Origin: an uncultured Phycisphaerales bacterium
Lineage (GTDB): Bacteria; Planctomycetota; Phycisphaerae; Tepidisphaerales; Tepidisphaeraceae
Reading direction: 5' to 3'
Assembly: GCA_963758525.1 (NCBI GenBank)
Contig: CAVWVQ010000001.1
Span: forward strand, 96,001-160,000
DNA length: 64,000 bases
Shown piece by piece: positions 9,174 through 18,604 of this stretch (position 1 is its first letter; every line of letters begins with the position of its first letter). The notes beneath the pieces were generated by a model. It was given only the letters and a program-made list of their open reading frames with translations, was not told where the DNA came from and did not search any database. The translations under genes were made by a program, and so were the position numbers.

Positions 9174-9787
9174 ATGGCACTGATCGACAAGTTGTTCAAT
9201 CGCAAGAAGACGCTCAGCGAGCTGGACCGACAGGAGCTGCGCAAGGAAGAAATCCTGCTCGGCAAGCAGCGCGATCGTCTGTTCAAGAAGATCGAGAAGA
9301 TCAGCCAGGACAAGCAGCGCATTTTCAAGCAGGGATCCGAGCAGAAATCGCCCGAGCTGCGCAAGCGCTTGCGCAGGACTTTGAGTTGCAGACCCAGGAG
9401 CAGCTCATGGCCGCCCGTGAGCTGAATCTGCGCAGCAAAGAGCTGATGACCGTCAGCCGGCTGCGCATGGTCCGCGAAAACAAAGACGGCGGCCGGGCGC
9501 TGGGCCGGCTGAATGTCACGGACAAGGACGTTGCGCGGATCAGCCAGTGGATCGAAGACGACTCGGTCACGCAGGACATGTATCAGGAACGGCTCGACAC
9601 ACTGCTGGAGTTGGGCGCTCAATCCGATAAAGACGCCGTCGCCCAGGCCGGGCTCACCGGCGCCGGCCAGGAGCTGATGCAGCTTTGGGACCAGCTCGAT
9701 CGGGGGTCGATCAAGCAGGAAGAGGCGTTTGACGAAGCGGATAAAGCGGTGCGCCGACGAAATGCATCGATGGAAGGGGAGAGGTGA
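9174..9787 (+). CDS. ESCRT-III/Snf7-like helical protein (frameshift near 9365)
   Basis: MALIDKLFNRKKTLSELDRQELRKEEILLGKQRDRLFKKIEK...; restoring one G (AAG GCG CTT GCG CAG GAC TTT) joins 9174-9425 and 9386-9787 into about 204 aa with basic N-half and acidic C-half. Confidence 0.65.
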
Positions 9788-9796
9788 CAAGCAAAT

Positions 9797-10040
9797 CCGA
9801 ATGACGAAACCAGAAACCAGAATCAAGCCCGAATGACGAAACCCGAAACCAGAATCAAGCCCGAATGCTCGAATGACGAAGCCCGAAACGAAGTTAGACC
9901 GCCGATTTCCTGGAACAATCGCGTCGCGGGGAGGACGATGACATCGCGGAGCGTAGCGTTCCCTGCCTTTGTTTCGTCATTCGGTCATTCGTCATTTGGG
10001 TTTGATTGATTCTGGTTTCTGGTTTCGTCATTCGGGTTTC
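9797..10040. repeat. Long imperfect inverted repeat built from short (about 7-nt) units
   Basis: ccgaatgacgaaaccagaaaccagaatcaa x2 on the left; ttgattctggtttctggtttcgtcattcgg on the right; about 80-bp spacer. Confidence 0.8.
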
Positions 10041-10114
10041 CGTCGTTCCCCGCGCCTCCCGTTCTGCGCCTCCCGTTCTTGCAGTACTGCGGTCCCGGTC
10101 CTAAACTTGCGAAT

Positions 10115-10205
10115 GTTCGCTAGGGGTGGTTCGGGCCACTTGGCCCGCACCTGAGAACAAACCCTTGGAACCTGATCCGGGCCGAACCGGCGTAGGGAAG
10201 CGAAT
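10115..10205 (+). promoter_or_regulatory. TPP riboswitch (THI element)
   Basis: ttcgctaggggtg...ctgaga...acccttggaacctgatccggg...accggcgtagggaagcgaa matches the consensus; directly upstream of thiC. Confidence 0.95.
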
Positions 10206-10277
10206 CGTTGGCTTATCCCTTCTCTCCGCGCGGTACATTCCGGTCCAGTTTGAAAATGAAATGCTAAAGGAGTTGCC

Positions 10278-12014
10278 ATGAGTCAGTCGCATGTGCAGGC
10301 AGATGGATCGTTTGTACTTCCGCCTCTCGGGGATAATCCATCAACCGATCGGCAGGGGACCTCGCCCGGCTCGTTCGCACAGCGCGGCCGCATCGGGACG
10401 CCGTGGACGTTCAGCTCTCCTGACACGCCGGGCATGCCGGGCGTTTCCGACGTCACGGCACTGGACTTCGCGTCGCCGAAAGATCGCGATGGCAAAACAC
10501 AGCTTGAAGAGGCGCGCAGCGGACGAATCTCGGCGGAGATGAAACGCGTGGCGCTGCGCGAGCCGCATCTCACGGCCGATCAGATTCGCTTTGAGGTCGC
10601 GACCGGCCGCATGATCGTGCCGGCCAACAAGGTGCATCTGGGCTATAAGCTCGAGCCGATGTGCATCGGGCGCGCGGGGCTGACCAAGGTGAACGCCAAC
10701 ATGGGCGCGTCGCCGGTGTCGTCGGGAACTGAAGAGGAAGTGGAGAAGCTCAAGTGGGCCGAGCGGTGGGGCGCGGACACGGTGATGGATCTTTCCACCG
10801 GCGGCAATCTCGACGCCTGCCGCGAGGCGATCATACAAAACAGCACCGTTCCCATCGGCACCGTCCCGATTTATTCGATGATCATCGGACGCTCGCTGGA
10901 GGACCTTACGTACGATCTGATTTTGAAGGAGATCGAGAAGCAGGCGAAGCAGGGCGTCGACTATTTCACAATCCACGCCGGCGTGCTGAAGGAGCATCTG
11001 CCGTTTGTCCGCAAGCGCCTGATCGGCATCGTCAGCCGGGGCGGAAGTTTGCTGGCGAAGTGGATGCTGCATCACAACAAGCAGAACCCGATGTACGAAA
11101 TCTTCGACGACATCTGCGCCATCATGCGCGAGTATGACGTCAGCTTTTCCCTCGGCGACGGCCTCCGCCCAGGCGGCCTGGCTGATGCAACGGATCAGGC
11201 GCAGCTTCTGGAGCTTCGCACGCTTGGGGAGTTGACCGAGCGCGCCTGGGCCAACGGATGCCAGGTGATGGTCGAAGGCCCCGGGCACGTTCCGCTCGAT
11301 CAGATTGAATACAACATGAAGCTGCAGCGCCAGCTCTGTCATGGCGCCCCGTTTTACGTTCTCGGGCCGCTGGTGACCGACATTTTTCCCGGCTACGACC
11401 ACATCACCAGTTGCATCGGCGCCACCAGCGCCGGCTATCACGGCGCGAGCATGCTCTGCTACGTCACGCCCAAGGAGCACCTGGGACTTCCCAAGAAGGA
11501 CGATGTGAAGCAGGGGTGCGTTGCCTACAAGATCGCCGCGCACGCGGCGGACGTCGCATTGGGAATCCCCGGTACGCGCGATCGCGACGATGAACTCACC
11601 AAGGCGCGAGCCGCGCTCAACTGGCAGCGCCATTTCGATCTCAGCTTCGATCCCGACCTGGCCCGCGCCTATCACGACGAAGACCTGGAAGTGGACACTG
11701 ACTTTTGCGCCATGTGCGGGCACGACTGGTGCTCGGTCCGCATCAGCAAGGAAATCGTGGAGTTTTATAGCGGAAAGGATGAACAGGCCCAGCCCGCCAA
11801 ACGCGCGCTTGCTTCACCGGGCATCAACGTCGCCGGCGCGGAGATTCTTGAAAAGCGCGGCGTTCTGACGCAGGAACAGATCCACCAACTCGCCCACAAA
11901 GGAAAGAAAGCCGCTTGTCACAGCGACAACGTAGGTGATGAGACGGCCGCAAAACTCGTTCAGGTGAACACGCTCAAGGCACATGGGGTCGCGGTGAATG
12001 AGAGCGGGTTGTAG
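10278..12014 (+). CDS. thiC: Phosphomethylpyrimidine synthase
   Basis: [61 protein letters not shown]. Confidence 0.98.
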   Translation: MSQSHVQADGSFVLPPLGDNPSTDRQGTSPGSFAQRGRIGTPWTFSSPDTPGMPGVSDVTALDFASPKDRDGKTQLEEARSGRISAEMKRVALREPHLTADQIRFEVATGRMIVPANKVHLGYKLEPMCIGRAGLTKVNANMGASPVSSGTEEEVEKLKWAERWGADTVMDLSTGGNLDACREAIIQNSTVPIGTVPIYSMIIGRSLEDLTYDLILKEIEKQAKQGVDYFTIHAGVLKEHLPFVRKRLIGIVSRGGSLLAKWMLHHNKQNPMYEIFDDICAIMREYDVSFSLGDGLRPGGLADATDQAQLLELRTLGELTERAWANGCQVMVEGPGHVPLDQIEYNMKLQRQLCHGAPFYVLGPLVTDIFPGYDHITSCIGATSAGYHGASMLCYVTPKEHLGLPKKDDVKQGCVAYKIAAHAADVALGIPGTRDRDDELTKARAALNWQRHFDLSFDPDLARAYHDEDLEVDTDFCAMCGHDWCSVRISKEIVEFYSGKDEQAQPAKRALASPGINVAGAEILEKRGVLTQEQIHQLAHKGKKAACHSDNVGDETAAKLVQVNTLKAHGVAVNESGL

Positions 12015-12166
12015 TGGTTCTTGGCGCTATTACGCTATAGGACCGAGGTGACGCTCACCCCCGGGCAGGCGGTTGTGCTGCGATTAAGCGGTGGCCACGA
12101 GCTGACCGTGCCGGTTGCCGATTTGCTTCCGTAACTCTTGTCACCGCGCAGCGCCTATCATTCCGC

Positions 12167-12787
12167 ATGATGCGACGCCGCACCTTGATCAAATGGCTGG
12201 GATTCGCCGGGGCGGAACTATTCCTCTTCGGATGTGACGGCGCAACCGCGAAGCAGCCGGAAAAGGAGAACTCTGCAATGCCCGCGACAACCCAGAGCAC
12301 AATTGTCAAAGTGAAGGTGTTCAACTCCAAAGGACAGCTCGTCGGTCCGATCGAGATGCCAAAAGTGATCAAGACGGACGCGGAGTGGCAAAAGCTGCTC
12401 ACCCAAGACCAGTACGAGATCGCGCGGGCGAAGGGAACCGAACGGCCCTTCTGCGGCACGCTGCTGGATAATCACAAAACCGGGATTTACACCTGCATCT
12501 GTTGCGGCCTGCCGCTCTTCTCCTCCGACTCGAAATTCAATTCCGGCACCGGCTGGCCGAGCTTTTTTGCGCCGGTCGCCGAGGAGAATGTCACCGAGCA
12601 CACGGACAATTCGCTGTTCATGAGCCGAACGGAGATCCTCTGCACGCGATGCGATTGCCATCTCGGTCATGTCTTTGACGACGGTCCCAAGCCCACGGGT
12701 TTGCGATTCTGTGTAAATTCCGAATCACTCTCCTTCACGCTCAGCACCGATCTGGCCAAGATCGCTGATCCCGCCGCGGCGTCATGA
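12167..12787 (+). CDS. msrB: Peptide-methionine (R)-S-oxide reductase with export signal
   Basis: GTERPFCG, KFNSGTGWPSF, HLGHVFDDGPKPTGLRFCVNS; N-terminal RRRTLIK...LFGC. Confidence 0.95.
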   Translation: MMRRRTLIKWLGFAGAELFLFGCDGATAKQPEKENSAMPATTQSTIVKVKVFNSKGQLVGPIEMPKVIKTDAEWQKLLTQDQYEIARAKGTERPFCGTLLDNHKTGIYTCICCGLPLFSSDSKFNSGTGWPSFFAPVAEENVTEHTDNSLFMSRTEILCTRCDCHLGHVFDDGPKPTGLRFCVNSESLSFTLSTDLAKIADPAAAS

Positions 12788-12791
12788 TTTG

Positions 12792-12848
12792 TTGTGGTGC
12801 AGACGTTCAGGCTGCAACCCAGCGGCAGGCTGGAAGCCTGCACCACAA
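12792..12848. repeat. REP-like hairpin element
   Basis: ttgtggtgcag...ctgcaccacaa; same family as 18525-18583. Confidence 0.75.
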
Positions 12849-12909
12849 AAATGCAGCCAGCGGTCATCGGGGTGCGATCTTAATTGTGGCGATTGCGGAT
12901 CTTGCGATG

Positions 12910-12978
12910 GTAGGGCGGGATTGATCCCGCCGCTTTCTCGGCCGGGCCAACAAATCGGCGGGATGAATCCCGCCCTAC
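12910..12978. repeat. GTAG-type REP doublet
   Basis: gtagggcgggattgatcccgccg...cggcgggatgaatcccgccctac; near-identical copy at 29737-29794. Confidence 0.85.
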
Positions 12979-13078
12979 TCGGAGCTGATCGCCACTTTCG
13001 AGCGCCACACCCCGGTCATCCAACTGGCGGCTCCCGGCGTTTGACGGTTGGCTGCGAATCCTCTATTAAACTTCGCGA

Positions 13079-13747
13079 ATGATCATCACGATCGATGGTC
13101 CCGCGGGCACGGGCAAATCAACTGTCGCTCAGCGGGTCGCTGAGCGCATCGGGTTCGATTTCCTCGATACGGGGGCGATGTATCGAGCCGTCGGTCTGGA
13201 GGCGGTGCGCAGAGGCGCGAAGCTCGAAGACGCGCGCGAGCTCGCGTTCATGGTCAGACATTGCCGGATCCGTTTTGACTGGAGCCAGCGCCCCCCGGGC
13301 CTGTTGCTCAACGACGTGCCGGTGGGGCATTTGCTGCGCGGCACGGAGGTGACGCGCGCGGCATCTTTCGTGGCGAGGGTGCCGGCCGTGCGGGAGCAGT
13401 TGGTGGGCGAGCAGCAGCAGATCGGCCGGGAGCATGGGAATCTGCTCACGGAAGGACGCGACCAGGGAACGGTGGTATTTCCAGATGCGGCCCTGAAGGT
13501 CTATCTCGACGCCACTCCGCAGGAGCGCGCCCGCCGGCGGGTCGCACAATTTCGAGCGCGTGGAGAAATCGTTGAGCTCGGCACCGTGCTCGCGGAGATT
13601 CTCGAGCGCGACCAGCGCGATGAGGCCCGCACCATCGGCCCGCTGGCGGTGCCGTCTGGGGCGGTCTTGATCGACACCACGAACATTTCCACCGAACAGG
13701 TGGTTGACGAGATCGTCCGCCACGCGAAATCGCGAGGGGCCCAGTGA
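13079..13747 (+). CDS. cmk: Cytidylate kinase
   Basis: ITIDGPAGTGKST, LDTGAMYRAV, EGRDQGTVVFPDA. Confidence 0.97.
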   Translation: MIITIDGPAGTGKSTVAQRVAERIGFDFLDTGAMYRAVGLEAVRRGAKLEDARELAFMVRHCRIRFDWSQRPPGLLLNDVPVGHLLRGTEVTRAASFVARVPAVREQLVGEQQQIGREHGNLLTEGRDQGTVVFPDAALKVYLDATPQERARRRVAQFRARGEIVELGTVLAEILERDQRDEARTIGPLAVPSGAVLIDTTNISTEQVVDEIVRHAKSRGAQ

Positions 13748-14406
13748 GCGGAACATCCGCTGGCACGGCTGCAGAGCCGGTCGTGAGGAGAGGCGCGCGC
13801 AAATCCGTCATGTGGAATCTGACGCGCATCTTCTGTCGGATCATCTGCTCGGTATTTTTCGACCTGAAAACCTACGGCGTCAAAAACGTCCCCAAAACCG
13901 GCGGCGTTCTGCTCGTCTCCAACCACCAGAGCTATCTGGACCCGGTCCTCATCGGCGTCCAGGTCTTTCGTCCCATCAGCTACCTGGCCAAGTCCGAGCT
14001 GTTCGAAAACCCCATCTTCGGCTGGTTTATTCGCGGGCTGAACGCCTTTCCCGTCCGGCAGGGAGCCGGCGATGTCGGCGCGGTGAAAGAAACGATCCTG
14101 CGCCTGCAGGAGGGCGGTGCACTGAACATCTTCCCGGAGGGATCCCGTTCAGAAGACGGAGCGCTTCAGCCCATCGAGAAGGGCGCAAGCCTGGTGATCC
14201 GGCGGGCGAAAGTGCCGGTTGTTCCCGTCGTCATTCAAGGATCGTTCCGCGCCTGGCCGCGCGGGCAGATCATGTTCCGCAGTGCGCCGATCCGCCTTTT
14301 GTACGGCAAGCCGATGGAATTGGCGCACCTTCGCCCCGACGAGATCGGCCGGACGATCGATGCGACATTCCGTTCGATGCTGGAGGAGTTGAAGAAGCGC
14401 AAATAG
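13744..14406 (+). CDS. plsC: Lysophospholipid acyltransferase (PlsC-like)
   Basis: SNHQSYLDP, YLAKSELF, IFPEGSRS; overlaps the cmk stop. Confidence 0.9.
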   Translation: MSGTSAGTAAEPVVRRGARKSVMWNLTRIFCRIICSVFFDLKTYGVKNVPKTGGVLLVSNHQSYLDPVLIGVQVFRPISYLAKSELFENPIFGWFIRGLNAFPVRQGAGDVGAVKETILRLQEGGALNIFPEGSRSEDGALQPIEKGASLVIRRAKVPVVPVVIQGSFRAWPRGQIMFRSAPIRLLYGKPMELAHLRPDEIGRTIDATFRSMLEELKKRK

Positions 14407-14423
14407 CCGCCTTCGAGACAGGT

Positions 14424-14508
14424 GGGGTTCAGGGTGTCAGGGTTCAGAAAAGAAGGGCGGTCGCAATTCTTCCCCGAATCCTGACACCTGAACCCGGACA
14501 CCCTGAAC
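14424..14508. repeat. Inverted short-unit repeat between convergent genes
   Basis: gggttcagggtgtcagggttcag versus ctgacacctgaacccggacaccctgaac. Confidence 0.65.
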
Positions 14509-14511
14509 TCT

Positions 14512-16047
14512 CTACTGATCCGCCGCCGGCCCGACGATGATCCGGCCTTTGTGCGGGCGAGTGGTGGGTTGGGTCGTCGATTGCGTAGTCGTTTGAGTTG
14601 CCGGCGGGGCGAGGTCGATGTCGATCTGTCCGCAGTAATATCGCCAGCCTCGGCCAAGGAGCAGTTGGTCTTTGAGCATCTCGGCAATGCCGGCCTTTAC
14701 CAGGCCTTCAAACCGCACTCTCTTGTTCACGATCACGGTGATCGGCGCTCTCAGATTGACCATCTGGTCGTTCAGGTAAATCCGGAACGACTCGACATTG
14801 TCGGTGGTGACATTGAATCGGTTCGCCTGGACAGTCGCATCCAGCCGCCAGGGATTCTGATCTACGACCATGTACCCACTTCCGTGGCGAAAATAGAGAC
14901 GGCGATCGTCGCCGGGAGAAAACGGCTGCCAGATTTGCACCCAGTCATTCCGGTTGAACACGCTGTCCGGACGATTCGACTGAAGTGAGACCGACTTCGG
15001 ATAGAGCTCGCGCGTGCGGGCGCGCAATTTCCCATAACACTCCTCAATCACCGCGTCGCTGGGCGCGTGACCCAGGTCTTTGGTTTCGACGAATTCAACG
15101 TCGAGCTTCAGTGCCCGCAGCGCCTTGACCAGTGACTTGGAAGCGATGGGTTTGATGATGTCATCGCTGTCATCGCACCAGACGACCGGCAGCACATTCG
15201 AAAGATTCATGAGCCGAAGCCGCTGCCAATCGGCGCTGGCCGCTCCGGCCAGCGGATTGATGGCGGCGAAATACGTCGGGCAGTGCAGCGCCAGATTCCA
15301 GACCGCATGCGCGGCTTCGGAGTGACCGATCAAATAGACGCGCGCAGGATCGATGTTGACGCGATCGGCCACATCGATCACCGGCTGCAGCGCGTCGTTC
15401 ATTCCCGCGTAGCCCGGCCCATACAACTCCTTGAGATCCAGCAGCGGCATCACCACGACAGCGTCGTCGTGACGAGCCAACTCCTCCTTGATCCAGGCGG
15501 TGTAGATCTTGACGATGTCCTTCGCATCCGGCGGAGGCTCGGTCACAAACGCCTGAGTGGTCGGCAATTTCACCACCAGCGGCCAAGGCCGGGAGCGATC
15601 GTATGCGGGCGGGAGCCCGACGAAGTATTTGGCGTCGTACGGCCCGCGTTTCTGGTTGATGTAATAGACGCCGCCGCCGGCCAGAGCCGGCCAGTGCGTT
15701 CGCAGCCGAACGAGTCGTCCCACGGCAACGGGATCGAGTCCAAGCTGCTCAATCTGTTGCGCGATGCCGTTGCGATCTTTGGACGTCGCGGCCGCGAAAT
15801 ATTCTTCGATCAGGTGATGCGCAGACAACAGCTTGATGGAGTCGCTGGGACGAAACGCATCGCCCAATTCGGTGCGATACATCGCGACCAGTGCATCATC
15901 GGGAATGACAGCCCCAACGGGCGCTGCCGCCGCCTGAGTCGTTGCTTGCCCTTTCGCAGGTGATATGAACGAAGCAGCCGCTATTGCGCAAAGCAGCGCC
16001 TTCACAGCCGCGCGACATCCGATCGATCGCTCCCGTGTCTGCGTCAC
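14512..16047 (-). CDS. Secreted alpha/beta-hydrolase (esterase/peptidase-like)
   Basis: Signal-like N-terminus, IDPARVYLIGHSEAA nucleophile elbow, DDII..LGH acid/His candidates, TTQP tail. Confidence 0.75.
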   Translation of the reverse strand: MTQTRERSIGCRAAVKALLCAIAAASFISPAKGQATTQAAAAPVGAVIPDDALVAMYRTELGDAFRPSDSIKLLSAHHLIEEYFAAATSKDRNGIAQQIEQLGLDPVAVGRLVRLRTHWPALAGGGVYYINQKRGPYDAKYFVGLPPAYDRSRPWPLVVKLPTTQAFVTEPPPDAKDIVKIYTAWIKEELARHDDAVVVMPLLDLKELYGPGYAGMNDALQPVIDVADRVNIDPARVYLIGHSEAAHAVWNLALHCPTYFAAINPLAGAASADWQRLRLMNLSNVLPVVWCDDSDDIIKPIASKSLVKALRALKLDVEFVETKDLGHAPSDAVIEECYGKLRARTRELYPKSVSLQSNRPDSVFNRNDWVQIWQPFSPGDDRRLYFRHGSGYMVVDQNPWRLDATVQANRFNVTTDNVESFRIYLNDQMVNLRAPITVIVNKRVRFEGLVKAGIAEMLKDQLLLGRGWRYYCGQIDIDLAPPATQTTTQSTTQPTTRPHKGRIIVGPAADQ

Positions 16048-16089
16048 ATTTCGATTACCAGATGAACGGGCGCGAGTACCGCGGCGCCT

Positions 16090-16572
16090 TCACGCTTCTT
16101 CGATCGTCACGCTCTTGAGTGTATCGCCCTGACGCGTGGCGTCGACAACTTCCTGTCCGCTGCTCACCTGGCCGAATACCGTATGCTTTCCATCAAGCCA
16201 GTCGGTGGCGATGTGGGTGATGAAAAACTGGCTTCCGTTGGTATTCGGGCCGGCGTTGGCCATCGAGAGCGACCCGCGCTGATGCTTGTGGGGGTTGTTG
16301 CGGGTTTCGTCGCCGAATTTATATCCCGGTCCGCCAGCGCCTGTTCCTTCCGGGTCGCCGCCCTGAATCATGAAATCCGCGATAACTCGATGAAACTTCA
16401 GCCCGTCGTAGAACTTGTCCCTGGCGAGAAACACGAAGTTGTTGACGGTCTGCGGCGCTTCCTTCGGGAAGAGCTGGCAAACGATTTTGCCGCGCGACGT
16501 CTCGAACGTCGCGGTGTATTTCTTACTGGCATCGATCTGCATCGCCGGAGCGGCGGCGTACTTCTTGGGCAT
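16090..16572 (-). CDS. Cyclophilin-type peptidyl-prolyl cis-trans isomerase
   Basis: FHRVIADFMIQGGDP, LSMANAGPNTNGSQFFITH, WLDGKHTVFG. Confidence 0.97.
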   Translation of the reverse strand: MPKKYAAAPAMQIDASKKYTATFETSRGKIVCQLFPKEAPQTVNNFVFLARDKFYDGLKFHRVIADFMIQGGDPEGTGAGGPGYKFGDETRNNPHKHQRGSLSMANAGPNTNGSQFFITHIATDWLDGKHTVFGQVSSGQEVVDATRQGDTLKSVTIEEA

Positions 16573-16621
16573 AGGTCGGTCTCCCTTGTTGCACACAAGC
16601 TTTCACGTCGGCGGCTGCTTG

Positions 16622-17890
16622 TCAACTAATGCGCAACCGTTCCACGAAATCATCAAGGATCGCGCGCGCTGCGCTTTCTGCAATTACCGCGGGCCGGTAG
16701 GTCAGTGCCAGAGTCAATTTACCGTTCATTTCCGTTGTGCTGAGCACTGCGGGGGCGATCGGGCCAGTCGGCGAGATGCGAACGTAATCCAAGACTCCGC
16801 TGCCCAGTGGCTCGTCGCGGGCCAGGCTGACACTTGAAAGCCCCGCCGCCAGCGGCATGCTCTTGCGATAGAAATGATAGAGCCGCCGCCGCGGCATGAA
16901 TCGGCCCAGTGCGAGCCCCGCGTTGACCCATACAGTGCATGCCGGCGCAATGCCGCTGCTGCGCAGCATTGCGGTCTGCTTCCGCACCTTCTTCAGCAAT
17001 TGGCCCCGGCTGGAAAAATCATTTGGCGCAGACGATGCTGGTAAATCCGAGAAACAAACCGAACGTATTGGATAGATTTCGGACGGCATACGGCCGAAGG
17101 TTGACGATGCATCCCACCGCAACGTCGCGCCGATTCTGCCGCGGCTGCAATGGCACATGCCGGCGCACGGTTTCGAGCAGTGCCGTCAGCATCACATCGC
17201 TCACGCGCGTTTGCCGCGATTGACAATCGCGCCGCAACTGGTCGATCAGACCATCGGGCATCGTCCCAGCATGACGCGCACCGGATAATCGCCCGCTCCG
17301 CTCGTGACTGGCTTTTGCGCTGATCTGAGACGGTGGTGGCCCCGGATGAACGTGCTGACCGTCTGATCCAGTTGCACCTTCGCATTGCGGCCCGTGAACA
17401 GCTTCCAGTAGCTGCCGTTTGTGTGTGTCAACGGCTCGATTCGCGACGTTGAATCGCCGGCGAGGGACGCGAGCCAATCCCGCATCAGCATCCGGATGGA
17501 AACGCTGTCGGCGACGCAGTGACGGTACGTGAGCCCGATCCAGGTGTTCTCGCCGTCGCGCAGCAGGAATGGTCGAAAGGGATGGCCATCAACATCGCTC
17601 GCGAACGTGCGATTCAACTCAAATGACAGGTGCTCGTCCAGAGCATCAGACGGCGTCAACAGCGTGGTCGACGTATCACTCGGCGCGCGGGCGGGAATTT
17701 CGCTTTGAGTATGACCATTGATCCGCCCCGTCACCAGGTGGAGCGCGCCTGATGCCAACTCCCACGCTCGCCTCACGTCGTCCTCTGCCATCCTTCCGCG
17801 AAGCTTCACGGCCTGCGCGGCATTGTATGGATGTACCGTCTCCCAACTCTGGAACAGCTTCTGCACGACATTCAAGGATGCGGCTTTCAT
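16622..17890 (-). CDS. Stand-alone condensation-domain / CoA-dependent acyltransferase-fold protein (two apparent frameshifts near 17260 and 17025)
   Basis: HPYNAAQAV N-terminus, TYRHCVADSVS (HHxxxDG-like), VSDVMLTAL, IVNLRP, GKLTLALTYR; assembled from ORFs 17246-17953, 17019-17477 and 16622-17158. Confidence 0.7.
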
Positions 17891-17918
17891 CGCGAAACTA
17901 CTCACATCCGTCACGAAT

Positions 17919-18604
17919 TCACCCGGCCCGCAACTTGGGCACGAACCCGCCAACCTGCGCGCGATAACGCGCGTACACTTTGCCGTGCGATCGCAACATG
18001 TGCTGTTCCTCCCGCCACGCTTCCCAATGCAGCAGAATCAAGTGGAGGAGGCCGGCAATTAAAAGCAACGGCGAGGGAATCGCCAGGAGCGACGCAAGCA
18101 TCATCATCTGCGACAACGCGTAGATCGGGTGTCGAAGCCAGGCGTATGGACCGCTGGCAATCATCTCGGTTTGCTCCGCGGGATCGATGCCCATCCGCCA
18201 GGACCTGCCCATTTGTCTCCAGCAAAATATCGTGGCGATGAAACAGCCGCCTGCAAGTAACGCGCCGCTCCAAGCGGCGATCGGATCGTGCCAAAAAGGG
18301 CGCACGATGCCGCGCGGCAGTCGTGACAGAGCCGTGACAAACGGCGTTACGATCCAGATTCCCACGACCGGAGTCCAGATGATGCGAAGAACCCGGCCGA
18401 GGAACTCGGCAGGAACCAGGTTCGCCGCTCGACCGGTCTTGCGACGCGCTTTCGCGCCATTCTCCCGACACGCATCCAATAGGCGCCGATGACTGTTCCA
18501 AGCAGCAGCCACGCAACCCGCTCGCTTGTGGCGCAAGGTTCCAGCTTGCTCGCCAACGGCAGACTCGAAGCCTGCGCCACAAGAGGGAGCAATCGATTCG
18601 ACAT
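17919..18604 (-). CDS. Isoprenylcysteine carboxyl methyltransferase (ICMT/PEMT) family membrane protein (frameshift near 18450)
   Basis: MGRSWRMGID, SGPYAWLRHPIYAL, WREEQHML..GKVYARYRAQVGGFVP; N-terminus in the neighbouring frame starts at the TGATG overlap with birA. Confidence 0.8.
18525..18583. repeat. REP-like hairpin inside the 5' end of the ICMT-family gene
   Basis: cttgtggcgcaagg...cctgcgccacaag; homologous to 12792-12848. Confidence 0.7.

Noticed and set aside
9355..9390. Programmed frameshift in the second ESCRT-III-like gene
   Set aside because: No slippery heptamer; same signature as the many other single-base deletions in the window
7707..9787. Canonical PspA/Vipp1 or SMC-type assignment
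   Set aside because: Lacks the PspA N-terminal signature and any Walker motifs; kept as ESCRT-III-like pending a profile search
9797..9890. Repeat run resembling a CRISPR array
   Set aside because: Units are contiguous with no unique spacers and have an inverted partner
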